Source: a virus
Strand: one strand, 5' to 3'
Length of the DNA stretch: 64,000 nucleotides
IMG/VR virus record: IMGVR_UViG_3300034374_009254
Span: 37,259 to 101,258 of that record
Part shown: positions 21,316-32,600 of the stretch, piece by piece
How positions within the stretch are numbered: the stretch's first letter is position 1
How the letters are laid out: every line of letters starts with the position of its first letter
Program-made: the position numbers and the translations under genes
The notes under the pieces: generated by a model
What the model saw: only the letters and a program-made list of their open reading frames with translations
Databases searched by the model: none
Told to the model about the DNA's origin: nothing

Positions 21316-24300
21316 TAATCAAATCCTGGAAAGTTTATTGACTTTTCTGTGGTGGTTACAGGAGACACTACTGTATCTGCAGTATGTACTATTTCAAAAT
21401 GACTAATCCATTCGTCATTTTCTGGTCTATCCCACGATAATAAAATTTCAGAGAATGGAGTAGCTTGAGGGCCTTCAAATGAGGCGTGCAGATTTTTAAC
21501 TGAAGGAATGACATCAGGCTCTTTTTCTGCATAAGCACTAGGGGGTATAGCTCCTAAGTCATATTCTTTTTCTATTTCTCCGAATTTTTGATTATAGTGC
21601 TCCACGGCCGTTACAGCAAATATATTTTTAGATTCTTTTGCTATATCTAAAACTTTATACGTTTTTGCTGACCCTAATATTTCGGCCCCGTCTGAATTTA
21701 TTTCTCGTATAGACCAAATTAAATTTGCTCGAGGAACCTTATCTAAACTACTAGCTAAGTTAATGGACGATGTTGTAACTGTCCCGGGGTTAGTTATATC
21801 TACTTTTTGCACATAAGTTGCAGAATGCCAAGACATTTGAAGTAATGTATCTCCAGCAGAACTAGAAAATGCATTTGAAGCTTTACTCTCACTATCTAGA
21901 CTTGTTAAAATATAGTCTTTGCCATTAAAAACATAAGCTTCTGGTATTCTATCGTTAGTATTATAAGTTGTTCCATTTATAGCAATTGATTGAGCTCCGG
22001 TATAAAAAGCCGCGGGCTCTGTAATTACTAGGTACATTTCATAGTCACTTGTAGAATTAAAAGTTATCTCTCTGTCTAAAACTAAAGAATTAAGAGTCCC
22101 TCCACTACTAAGTCTTCCGCCATACGAAATTCCATATCGATCTCCATCTTGTACTGTTATTACGTCCCCTGGCCTTATGAAAGCACTACCAAAAGACGTC
22201 TTAAATGTAACGACTTCTCTTTGATTCTGTGCCGTCCATAGTTTCCACTTTCCCATTCGTATTGCTTGACTTTCAGAAGTACAACCAAAGGCTACTACTT
22301 CTTTTGTCCTAATTTGTCCAGTTTTTGCAATATCTGATTTGTCTTCTATAAGTAGAGGGACTAGCTCATAGTTTGCAGCAGGGTCATTCCAAGTTACAAT
22401 TATTTGATTAAATTTTGTATTCTCAGGAGTTCCTTCATACGCAAAACGCCCATCAATAACATTAGCTTTTGTAAAGTTATAAACGGGATCAGAAGGAACA
22501 TCTTGTACTAAACTTATTTGACCGTCTAGCCAATAAATTATAGAGGCAAAATTGGTTGCCATATCTTTCAATACTTTATAAATTTCGATCGGCTTAGTAA
22601 GAAGTACATTCATTCTATACCGAGGTTCTAATAATTCTGCCGTTCCTTCCATATCAGAAGGAGCGCTATCTGTAGGACGTATGTACCTAAATTCTGTTCC
22701 CACATTTCCATCAGGAGCTCCTATGTCTGTCCAAGGTATTGCTCCTGTTGTTTTAATTCTATAAAACTCTCCTGTTTTAAAACTAGTAAAACCTGCAATT
22801 TTACCTGTACCTACTAGCTCATCACAATATCTAGCAATTCTATATAAAGAGTACTTATCGATATCAAACTCAGAAATGTACTGTCCGGCACCATACCTAT
22901 TATTTGTTACTATATCATAAAAACACCAAGCAGGATTATCAGTATAGTGTAAAACTTTTTTAAAGTTTCCTCCCCAAAAATTTTCATACTCGGCTTTGCC
23001 CGTATGAGAGTACTCCCGAGGAGTGTAAGATTCGGGAATTTTTACTAACATTCCGCGCATTTCATAAGTTCTTCTGGGAGCTTTATTATACTGTTTAGAA
23101 TTAAAAATTGTATTTACTAGTGCTGTGTATGGGTAGGTGAATTTATCTTTTATGACACATTGAATTTTACTAATTACCGATTCTGCAACCGTATAATAGT
23201 CTGTCTTATCATCTTCACTGCCTGCCGATCTTCCAGTTGAGTAAACAGGTAGCCCTGCACTTCTAGTTTGTCTAGCTACTTGTAGTACAAAAGTATCAAA
23301 AGGTCTGAAACTTTCTAAGTCTATAATATGTTCATAAGAAATTCCTGCTCTTGTTCTTCCCCAATGTCTAACAGAATTTCCAAATAAATCAACCCAAGGT
23401 CCTGTAATTCCATTTGTTGTAAATTTTATTCTAAATTTGTATATAGCATAACAAGTCAATAGACTTCCATCCTCTTGATTCATTGTATGTAATCCTTGAG
23501 GGTAGGTAATCATTAAAGAAATTTGATCCATTTCGTTTATTTTTGCATTATTTGCAAAAGCACTTGATGGAATATCTGTAGGATTATTTACAGTATGTGC
23601 GTTTAACTCCAGCTGACCTAACCCTGTTCTATTTACATATCCATTTTCTGGATCGATATTAGGAAGCCCGTGTATATCAAAAATTGTTATTGATTCATTG
23701 GTATTTTTGCCGTAGTCTGAAAGAGTAGGATTATTAGGATCTGGGGCTAATATTTTTAAGTCTGTGGTAATTCCTCCTAAATTTCCTTCTGTAACTACGG
23801 CCGCCCCTACAGTGCCTACTTCTGATAAAGGCTCTTGTATCAAATAGCCCCTACGTTCTTGCGAATAAAGCCCTTCTACTTTTAAAAAATTACCCGCAGT
23901 TCTCCAGCCTCCAGACTGTCGATTATAGTAGTCTACCCAAGCGTCTTTTTCGTCGGGCAATAAATAATTTGGTGCATCGTCTACAGTAACTTCATCTGGT
24001 AATTCTATCTGGGATTCTTCTTCGAAATTAAACTGAAGAGAGCTTGTAATTGAAAATATATAATTTCCTGGTTGTGGTTCGTTTTCGGTTACAACACTTT
24101 TGTTGTTAGGAATACTAGCAAGAGCAAACTTTTTAGCAATAAATAGTTTATACTTTTGGGGGTAAATGGCAACATAAGGATTTTTTGGTTCAAATATAAT
24201 AGTATTTGCAATAGCATATACAGTCTGGCCCCCCATAACACTACCAGCATCTGCTGCTACTAAAAAGGCGCGCGAATTTTCATCATTTAAGGTAATCCAC

Positions 24301-24812
24301 CTTTGTATATCTCCGCTTAAATTATTTGCTGCATCAGCTGTAATTCTTACTTGATTATTTGCATCTCTTACAGTAGATGTAATATCTAAGTCATCTACGA
24401 ATAAATAATCAAATAAAATTATACTTTTTCCGGTTGCATAGTAATCTCCGGTACTGGTATCAATCATATAATCTGGTAGCGTACTCCCACTTGATAAAGT
24501 TCCATTTTTACCAGAAAATGCAATTCTAGTACTAGGATCTATAGCGGAGCCTAATACTCCTTGGGGAGGAATATATCCTAAATATTTTGCATCTTTTACA
24601 GGAACATCATCAAAATAAATAGACCCTGTTCCATTTACCAAACCTGCTACTGGGCCTTCACATATAGCATCAGTAATAGAAATATTTTGTATTACTGTGC
24701 CTGACCCAGTTTGAGTAAATACTCTTTCTGTTTGATTTACATTACCTGAATTATTTGGTCCGCCAATACCTAAATTAAATAGGTAATTCGCACCCCCGAT
24801 ACCATCTGGCAT
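21315..24812 (-). CDS. Tail tip hub / host-specificity protein (lambda gpJ / T5 pb3-like)
   Basis: CEGPVAGL, YTDNPAWCFYD, IDKYSLYRIARYCDELV, EPRY, FGCTSESQAIR motifs. Confidence 0.9.
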   Translation of the reverse strand: MPDGIGGANYLFNLGIGGPNNSGNVNQTERVFTQTGSGTVIQNISITDAICEGPVAGLVNGTGSIYFDDVPVKDAKYLGYIPPQGVLGSAIDPSTRIAFSGKNGTLSSGSTLPDYMIDTSTGDYYATGKSIILFDYLFVDDLDITSTVRDANNQVRITADAANNLSGDIQRWITLNDENSRAFLVAADAGSVMGGQTVYAIANTIIFEPKNPYVAIYPQKYKLFIAKKFALASIPNNKSVVTENEPQPGNYIFSITSSLQFNFEEESQIELPDEVTVDDAPNYLLPDEKDAWVDYYNRQSGGWRTAGNFLKVEGLYSQERRGYLIQEPLSEVGTVGAAVVTEGNLGGITTDLKILAPDPNNPTLSDYGKNTNESITIFDIHGLPNIDPENGYVNRTGLGQLELNAHTVNNPTDIPSSAFANNAKINEMDQISLMITYPQGLHTMNQEDGSLLTCYAIYKFRIKFTTNGITGPWVDLFGNSVRHWGRTRAGISYEHIIDLESFRPFDTFVLQVARQTRSAGLPVYSTGRSAGSEDDKTDYYTVAESVISKIQCVIKDKFTYPYTALVNTIFNSKQYNKAPRRTYEMRGMLVKIPESYTPREYSHTGKAEYENFWGGNFKKVLHYTDNPAWCFYDIVTNNRYGAGQYISEFDIDKYSLYRIARYCDELVGTGKIAGFTSFKTGEFYRIKTTGAIPWTDIGAPDGNVGTEFRYIRPTDSAPSDMEGTAELLEPRYRMNVLLTKPIEIYKVLKDMATNFASIIYWLDGQISLVQDVPSDPVYNFTKANVIDGRFAYEGTPENTKFNQIIVTWNDPAANYELVPLLIEDKSDIAKTGQIRTKEVVAFGCTSESQAIRMGKWKLWTAQNQREVVTFKTSFGSAFIRPGDVITVQDGDRYGISYGGRLSSGGTLNSLVLDREITFNSTSDYEMYLVITEPAAFYTGAQSIAINGTTYNTNDRIPEAYVFNGKDYILTSLDSESKASNAFSSSAGDTLLQMSWHSATYVQKVDITNPGTVTTSSINLASSLDKVPRANLIWSIREINSDGAEILGSAKTYKVLDIAKESKNIFAVTAVEHYNQKFGEIEKEYDLGAIPPSAYAEKEPDVIPSVKNLHASFEGPQATPFSEILLSWDRPENDEWISHFEIVHTADTVVSPVTTTEKSINFPGFD

Positions 24813-24828
24813 AAATTTACTCCTTTAC

Positions 24829-25665
24829 TTAATACTCAAATCTTGGAATAATACTTCGGTCCAAATCAGGCCCACTGGGTGGACGGGTCGGTTGAGTATC
24901 TCCACCATCACCCCCTCCATCAGTTCCTCCGCCATTGCCGCCATCTGTATTTCCGTTATAATTATCTGTGCCTTCCTCATTTGTATTATCGGTATTTGGT
25001 GTGGCAGCGTTTAAAGGGTCTCTATGAACAAATACAGCAGCTGCATTAGCAGTTTGAAAACTAATTGGCCTCCCTGATATTCTTAACTGCCCGTAAAGCA
25101 CCGGGACAGGATCTCCTTCAGCAATTACTTGTCCCGACCCCTGAAAAAGATAAGTATCCTCTTTTGATGCGCCACCATTATCTGTCGCAGGATCAGGCAT
25201 CATCATTTCAGTTAATCCCTGCATTAAAAGTGCTCCCCCAAGAACTGCAAGTCCTAAAGCAGCACCTATTGCTAATCCACTAGCTCCTCCTGCCATAACG
25301 GTTGCAAATAATGTTTTTCCTGCTGCCGCCCCTAAAAACTGCATTCCTGGAACGAATAAAAGTGCTACCATCAAGAAGCCTACAATTGCTTTTACAACTC
25401 CTCCAGAACCTGCTGGTATAGCACGAATTGTCATTGCGCCTGTATCATAGTGAAGCAAAAGCTCGGTCTCATCAGTAATAGGTGTATCATCTACTTCGCA
25501 AACAAATTCTATACCTTTTTCCGAAGATTCTATTAAATATGGACGAAGCTCTGGAAAATTACAATCAAGGCATTTAACAACATCTTGGAAAGAAGATACG
25601 TCCATAGTAAATTCTTTTCCGAACTTTTCGCCTATATCCCCTTCTAAATATATTTTACGCATCAT
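24829..25665 (-). CDS. Tail assembly protein I (lambda gpI-like)
   Basis: IYLEGDIGEKFG N-terminus, hydrophobic middle, EGDPVPVLYG motif. Confidence 0.85.
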   Translation of the reverse strand: MMRKIYLEGDIGEKFGKEFTMDVSSFQDVVKCLDCNFPELRPYLIESSEKGIEFVCEVDDTPITDETELLLHYDTGAMTIRAIPAGSGGVVKAIVGFLMVALLFVPGMQFLGAAAGKTLFATVMAGGASGLAIGAALGLAVLGGALLMQGLTEMMMPDPATDNGGASKEDTYLFQGSGQVIAEGDPVPVLYGQLRISGRPISFQTANAAAVFVHRDPLNAATPNTDNTNEEGTDNYNGNTDGGNGGGTDGGGDGGDTQPTRPPSGPDLDRSIIPRFEY

Positions 25666-26347
25666 ATCTATAAACTCCTACAATTGTGGGGGCCCATCTT
25701 GGAAACAAAGATTCTCGGCAAGAAAGACGATGTACTGCATGGTGAAAAAACATATCCTTGCCTATATAAACTCCGCAATGATTTGGTACATCTGACTCCA
25801 TTTGAAAAATTAATACATCATTTATCTGTAATTCTTTTTTATCTACGCGTTTTCCTCCCCATTGCTTTGCCATATCATCAGTAAAATAATTTAAATCTTC
25901 TTTCTTCCACCAATTTTCTTCAAACAAAGCTCTAGGAGGGATTTCTATATTTTGAGTTTTTAAATAGTCTCTAATAGCTTCGAAACAATCCATTACTCCA
26001 AATTTATATTCTCTACCTATTAAAGGAAATGCTTTTGTGGTTGGTTCTACTATATTTAAATTCATTTCCGAATCAAAAATATAGTAAGGTATTCCCGTAC
26101 TGTTACATCCGTTTATATCAGATTCACTAGGTTCATTACTAGTATTTATATGGTTATGAACTATTCCTAAAATATCTGCTTTTTTAATTACATTTAAATA
26201 ATCTTTTGAACACATTATAAAATCTTGATTATTTGTAGCAATATTTTTACAGGGAAACCATTGTTTTTTTCCTTCAACAATTCCTATAATTCCGCAGCCT
26301 TCTTTAGGATATTCTTTTGCAAAATGTTCTTGTATTTCATCTATCAT
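25655..26347 (-). CDS. Tail tip assembly protein K (JAB/MPN + NlpC/P60)
   Basis: YPKEGCG, HNH...PSESD, GVMDCF, NHCGVY...HH motifs. Confidence 0.92.
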   Translation of the reverse strand: MIDEIQEHFAKEYPKEGCGIIGIVEGKKQWFPCKNIATNNQDFIMCSKDYLNVIKKADILGIVHNHINTSNEPSESDINGCNSTGIPYYIFDSEMNLNIVEPTTKAFPLIGREYKFGVMDCFEAIRDYLKTQNIEIPPRALFEENWWKKEDLNYFTDDMAKQWGGKRVDKKELQINDVLIFQMESDVPNHCGVYIGKDMFFHHAVHRLSCRESLFPRWAPTIVGVYRYDA

Positions 26348-29067
26348 TTAAATTTATTTGTTCCTATAAATCCGCCAAAAGGAAGAGGCAAATAAGTGTC
26401 TAAAACTCCAGGGGTACTAGTTGCTTGAAACCGAACTTTACAAGAGTTTACTCGTTTTCCACAAACATCTATTCTCTTCCAAACGCCTTTTTGAGTATTT
26501 GGATTTCTACCCTTGCTCGGATTAGTTGCCTCCCAAATTCTTATATATCCATCTCCATTATAACCATCAGTAAAACTTATTTCAGTACCTTTTAGTATCG
26601 GGCCAAGAAATGCACGACTAAATGTAATTTTATATTCATATGATAAAACAGTATTACCAGAGGTCATCCCGGGAGTAAGTGTAACATTAGTTACAAGACC
26701 TGGAGAATTTAAAGTACTAGGTATTAAATAATAATTATTTATTTTTGCTAGTATCTGTGCCGCATCGTCAGCTTCCATCCAGTCTCTATTGTACGCAATA
26801 TATAAATCAAAATCTCCAGCATTAGCATTTTTGACTACTTTACTATTATAAGTTGTAGGAATATATACTGCGCTTGCTCCAGTAATAGTTTTTACTCTGT
26901 CGCCCTCTACATAGGATGTTGTTGGGCTCCAGTCAGGAAATGTTGCTGCACCTACTATTAACTCATCATTTTCATCAAAAAATAAGTTACCTCTACTATT
27001 TAAAGGAAAGGTGCACCCTCCTTGACCATTTTCAAAAAAGCCCTGATACTTCCAAGGACAGTATTTACCAATAATATACCTGTTAGGTAGTTTAAACCCT
27101 TCCAGATCTAAAGGACTGGCAAGTTCTAAAGCCATTAAAGGTCCTGTTTCTTGAGCTACTCTATTTATATAATAGGAAGCTTTTGGAAATTCTGTAGGGC
27201 GTTCAGGCAGCTGTCCTTCATTGTAAGTATACTTTAATAGTGTAGTTCTGTATGTTACTTTGCTACCTACTAGATCTTGAGCACTAAAAATACCTTCAGA
27301 CTCTAAAATATTTATAAGTAATTCTTCGTCTCTTGTACCATCTCCGTCATTCATAACGGTTCTTGCAATTCCAGGTATATTTGCTAAAGTTAAAGTGGGT
27401 CTTGAGGAAGCTCCGCTACTTTTAACATCTATACCTTCTATCATTATAGGCATAGCTACATATTCATTTAGTACAGATCCTTTGGAGTCTGGAAAATATA
27501 TATTGTCTAAAGAGCTCTCGTCGAATCCATTGTACAAAAATGCCATGTTTCCTGAAGGTAATTGAATTTCAAATAATTCAATAAAATTATCTCCAATATC
27601 CTGATCTTGTACTACCTCTATTAAATTTAGTCTGCCATCCTTTTGAACATATCCACTAATAGTCCAAGTATAGCTTGAAGAAGGGCTAAATGTGGGATTA
27701 GAGTTTGATCTAAATTCAACTTCGAATGTTGATTCTTCAGTACTGTTAAGAAAAGTGATATCAAAATAAGTAATAGTTGTTCCCGTTAAGGGAGAAACAT
27801 CTGCATTTGTAGTACTTATAACATCTATTACTCTATACGGATCATTTGGATCATTTTCTAAAATTACCCTAATTACATCCTTTTTATATACTAAAAAGTC
27901 ATTATAATTTAAAATATCAGGAGTTAATGTTAGAGAATATATGGAGGGTGCGCCGGTATTTTCGTCGTCTCCTCCTCCGGGTGGAAATGCTGAAATAGCT
28001 AGAGAATTACTAGTTATGAACTCACTGTATCCATCTCCGTCTGTAAAACTAATTGTTAAAGATAAAGAAGTTCCTAAGTCATAAGCAACTGTTGTATATG
28101 TAGCTGCATTTGCTCCTGTTATGGGGTAGCCGTTTCTATTCCATTGATATTCAAAAGTACCTAGTCCGTTACTGTCTGCAATATTTTCCGTATGAGAAAA
28201 CTCATATCCAAATCCTACTTGATTTCCATCAATTGTAACTGTGCCAGTTGCAGCAACATTGGGGGGTACATACTCTTCTACCTCAAAAGTAATTTCATCA
28301 ATAAAAGTATTCCAGCCCCCAGTAGTAGAGGCAGAAGCAGTTCCATTAACAAATTGCGGAGTAGTATTATAATGATGAAGTTTTAGAAAATATCTTCCTG
28401 GAGGACACGATGCAGTTGGTTGAATTTGTACAGCAGTAGTAGTGCTTGTTATAGATACTTGCCCGCTCGTATTTACAAAATAACTAGGATCGATTAAAGT
28501 ATTTGAGCCGCCTCCACTTACAATTCTCCACTGAAAAGTTTCAGGAGTAGCTACAGGAGCATCAGAAACATGATAAGGAGTCCAAGTACCTGCTACATAA
28601 GGAACAAGACTGGTAGGGGCAGATATATTAATAGTTCCACTAGCTCCCTGAAGAATACTAGTTCCTGCAGAATTACCATCCCAGCCAAGAGTAGAAGGAA
28701 GCCATAAAATTCTAACAGAAGCTTGCGCTTTAGTAGTTAACTCATTTCCCGTAGTTGCAGCAGTAAAAAAGTACCACCTAGCATAATGATCATTATTATC
28801 AAAATTGGTATAAGTCCAAGTTTTATCTTTCTCATTATGATCTAACCACGGAGGATCTGGATCTGGATCATTAGCTGTAGGATCTGAGTTAGGAGAACGT
28901 ACATAACGTATTTCTTTAACAATAGCGCCTTCAGTTCCTGTGTATTCTGTTTGTACATTGATAGTGTCTCCGACTTTTGCAATAATTGCGTAGTTATCAG
29001 ATACATCTGTAGTCGGGGGAACATACCCGGGACTATTTAACTCAATGTAATAATCAAATTGACTCAT
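26344..29067 (-). CDS. Minor tail protein L (lambda gpL-like) with large N-terminal extension
   Basis: IELFEI, ELASPLDL...LPNR, CPWKY, DVCGKRVNSCKVRF, LPFGGF; ~470-aa N-terminal extension with an Ig-like domain. Confidence 0.85.
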   Translation of the reverse strand: MSQFDYYIELNSPGYVPPTTDVSDNYAIIAKVGDTINVQTEYTGTEGAIVKEIRYVRSPNSDPTANDPDPDPPWLDHNEKDKTWTYTNFDNNDHYARWYFFTAATTGNELTTKAQASVRILWLPSTLGWDGNSAGTSILQGASGTINISAPTSLVPYVAGTWTPYHVSDAPVATPETFQWRIVSGGGSNTLIDPSYFVNTSGQVSITSTTTAVQIQPTASCPPGRYFLKLHHYNTTPQFVNGTASASTTGGWNTFIDEITFEVEEYVPPNVAATGTVTIDGNQVGFGYEFSHTENIADSNGLGTFEYQWNRNGYPITGANAATYTTVAYDLGTSLSLTISFTDGDGYSEFITSNSLAISAFPPGGGDDENTGAPSIYSLTLTPDILNYNDFLVYKKDVIRVILENDPNDPYRVIDVISTTNADVSPLTGTTITYFDITFLNSTEESTFEVEFRSNSNPTFSPSSSYTWTISGYVQKDGRLNLIEVVQDQDIGDNFIELFEIQLPSGNMAFLYNGFDESSLDNIYFPDSKGSVLNEYVAMPIMIEGIDVKSSGASSRPTLTLANIPGIARTVMNDGDGTRDEELLINILESEGIFSAQDLVGSKVTYRTTLLKYTYNEGQLPERPTEFPKASYYINRVAQETGPLMALELASPLDLEGFKLPNRYIIGKYCPWKYQGFFENGQGGCTFPLNSRGNLFFDENDELIVGAATFPDWSPTTSYVEGDRVKTITGASAVYIPTTYNSKVVKNANAGDFDLYIAYNRDWMEADDAAQILAKINNYYLIPSTLNSPGLVTNVTLTPGMTSGNTVLSYEYKITFSRAFLGPILKGTEISFTDGYNGDGYIRIWEATNPSKGRNPNTQKGVWKRIDVCGKRVNSCKVRFQATSTPGVLDTYLPLPFGGFIGTNKFK

Positions 29068-29591
29068 GGTTCATAAACTCGTCTAAATTCTGCGGTTAGA
29101 GAATGATAACTATGGTACAAATATTTTATATTATATCCCTCACACACTACTTTTATAGTTTGATTTCCATCATACTCTGGAATAATTATATCAAAGTTTT
29201 TTGCTTGATGTACATCTAGAAACTTTGCTATAAGATTAATATCTTCTTTAGTTCTATTAGAAAAAGATACTCCAAACATATCTCTTTTAGAGTTTGTTCC
29301 ATCTATAGCTCTTTGTTCATATCCATCTCCAAATTTTGCGGTCAAAATATTAAAATTTGAAGCCCTACTTAAACCCCTATCAAAAGTATAGAAAGAATCT
29401 GTAAGAGGAACTCCTCCAGATATAGCATCTGCAGGAACTTTTAGTATAAATATCTCTCCATAAGAGGATGTCCCTCCTGCAGTCCCGGGATCAATGCTCC
29501 ATGCTCCTATTACGGCATTATATACATATGTTACTCCATTGTATGTATAAGTATCGCCATTTGAAGGACTACCTGGGAAATCTGCTGCCAT
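29064..29591 (-). CDS. Distal tail protein / minor tail protein M-like with an N-terminal adaptor module
   Basis: FGDGYEQR..DG.N motif and terminal AEFRRVYEP; N-terminal DFPGSPSNGD module. Confidence 0.85.
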   Translation of the reverse strand: MAADFPGSPSNGDTYTYNGVTYVYNAVIGAWSIDPGTAGGTSSYGEIFILKVPADAISGGVPLTDSFYTFDRGLSRASNFNILTAKFGDGYEQRAIDGTNSKRDMFGVSFSNRTKEDINLIAKFLDVHQAKNFDIIIPEYDGNQTIKVVCEGYNIKYLYHSYHSLTAEFRRVYEP

Positions 29592-29601
29592 TTAAGTCTC
29601 C

Positions 29602-32600
29602 TTAATTATCCTCAAGAGCTGCAATAGCTGCTTGAAAAGCCCCATAATCTGGAGAAGCCGCTGCAATTTCTTTCAACTTTGCTGTAGAGATGAGTCGAGT
29701 AGAGGTGCTGGGTGCCCCTCCTGCTTGGTGTTGAGCTACTTTTATATTTCCACTATCAGAGTAAATTGTATTATCTGACAAGTATAAATGTCTTATCTTA
29801 TATTCAGCAGACCCTAAATCATATTGAGCATTTGTATCCGGGATTAAGCTTCCTGACATTCCTAAAGCAGGAAGATTCCCTGTTAAAGCCGATGCATCTA
29901 TAGTTGTGCCTGCTTTAATTATTTGGGTGACTTCCGAAATTGGAGACCGTTTTAAGTTAAAAGTATATACATATACATTTGAGCCGGGCACTGTATCAAC
30001 AGGTATTTCCCAATCATAATAATAATTAGGATCTCCTGCAAAACTTACTGCTGTAAAAGTGGCAGCGCCAGTTGCTTTCAATGTTGTATTTGCTGGGAAG
30101 TTGCCGTTGGCATCAGTTTCACCAGATATCGCGGCACCAGTTAGCAGCTCGAAAGAATCATCTTTTTTAATTGATGCAAATTTTTCATTAAAAGGAGATT
30201 CTGTTGGAGCTCCAGGCCCATTAGTTCGTATAACTAATTTATTTCCTGTTTGCCAATCTACATAAGCAACTCCTCCTGTGCCTTCACCTCCAAAGTCCAT
30301 AGTTTCGCCAAGAACAAGTTGTCCTGACGAATCTGTGCTTAAAGTTTGATCGCCCATAAAAATGGTATTATTATCTAAGTACAAATATCTCCATTTTTGG
30401 GTAGCACTTCCTAAATCGTAACTTACACTGGTTGAGGGAAGGAAATGAGTATCTAACCGTAAGTTATTATTAGAATCAAAATCTAAAGTGCTAGTTCCAT
30501 CTGTAATGCTAGAACTACTGCCGCCCGACCCTGCATCACTCGTATAAATTGTTCCTGCCATTGCGGAGTGGTTTTCGTCCACATAATAGAGAGTAGAAGG
30601 AGCATCTAAAGGTACAGTAAATGAAACCCTATCTCTATCCGCTCCATTATTTGTTACTCCATCTGTAGCCCCTAAAACATTTGCCGCATCATAAGCCCCT
30701 GAAGTACTTTGAATCCATAAAGGATGTCCACTGCTTAGTTCAAAATTTCCAAAATCTGCATAGACTTCTGTAGAATCTCCTGAATTATTTCCAAGGTCAA
30801 GTACTCCTAAAAGAGCTACCCACCGATACTGTCCTGTGGTTGTAAAAGTATAACTATACGAAGTAGCAGAACTACTCGTGCCAATGTAGTATCCTTCGCT
30901 ATTTTGAGGATAGGCTCGATAAAAGCCTCCATTTGTTATATCTACTAGCCAAAATTGTGCGCGTACTTCTTTTTCACTAGTTCTTTCATGATAAGAATTG
31001 ATTTTTTCCCAAGTAAGTACATATCCTTCTTTTACATTAAAAGTAGGGGAAGCTGTATAAGCTTTTCTATACCAGTTACTAGACAACAGAAAGTATGTTT
31101 TTGTATAAAGCCTTACATAATTTCCCGCTCCTGCAGCTGTAAATACATAAACACCTTGAGTTGTAGTTTGTGAGTTTCCTTCAAACTGTGTATCTGTATG
31201 CGCTTGGGCTGGAAAAGTTTGACCATTTATACTATCCGCAGAAGTAATATAGTTACTGCTAGAAAAGGCCCAGCCGTCTGAACTGGTAATAGGACTTAAA
31301 CTGTCAAAATCACCCGGATCAAAATAATATGTTATACCCTTTTGAAGATATAGATCAGGATTTGTTCTTGCAACGGGAAATCCTGCCCCTGAGAAAGAAA
31401 AAGCAGAAGGAGTTCCACTAGTATAAGTAGGCTCGACATCAAATACAATTGAACTTGCACCATCAGCACCATCAGCACCATCTACTCCATTTACGCCGCG
31501 TAAATCTCCTGTGCTAAAACCTAGTCCATCATCAGAAGTAAATGTTACAGTACCTGTACTTATATCGTAAGAGCCCCCAGTAAACCCGGTGCCATCAGTT
31601 CCATTAGTACCATCTGCTCCATCAACTCCATCAGCACCATCTGCTCCAGCAGGTCCCGTAGCCCCAGTAGGGCCAGTAGGACCAGTGGGACCAGTGGGCC
31701 CTTGCGGGCCTACCACTGTTCCGGCATTAATAGTTGTACTATCTGCAAGAGTAAGAATTAAATCATCATTTGCATTTACTGTCGCTGAAGAAATACCTCT
31801 ATTTCCATCGCCACGTAAATCTCCTGTGCTAAAACCTAGTCCATCATCAGAAGTAAACGTTACGACTCCTGTTGAAACAGTATAACTACCTCCAGTAAAC
31901 CCTGTTCCATTAGTACCAGCAGGGCCGGTAGGTCCTGTCGCTCCTGTCGCTCCTGTGGGTCCAACCACCGGTCCGGCATTAATAGTTGTACTATCTGCGA
32001 GAGTAAGAATTAAATCATCATTTACATCTACTATTGCTGAAGAAATACCTCTATTCCCATCACCGCGTAAATCTGCAGTACTAAATCCTAGACCATCATC
32101 AGAGCTAAAGGTTACAATACCTGTTGAAGCAGTATAGCTACCTCCAGTAAATCCTAACCCTTGATTACCTTGTGGCCCTGTTAATCCTACAGGTCCGGCG
32201 GGACCTTGAGCACCATCTAGACCATCTGCTCCTTGAGGTCCTTGAGGGCCGGCGGGGCCTTGAATACCTGTAGCACCAGTAGGCCCAGCAGGTCCGACAG
32301 GTCCGGTAGGTCCAGTATTTCCTGTATCCCCTTTCTCTCCTTGAGGTCCCACAGGGCCTTGAGCACCCGTTTGTCCTTGAGGGCCATCATTTCCTGTAGG
32401 ACCCGTGGGTCCAATAGGTCCTTGAGGTCCTTGAGGGCCAGTATTTCCTATTGGTCCAGTTGGTCCAGCAGGTCCAGTCGCTCCTGTAGCACCAACAGGT
32501 CCAGCAGGTCCAGCAGGTCCAGTAGCTCCTGTTTCGCCTGTATCTCCTTGAGGGCCATCATTTCCTATTGGGCCGGCAGGTCCTTGAGGTCCTTGAGGTC

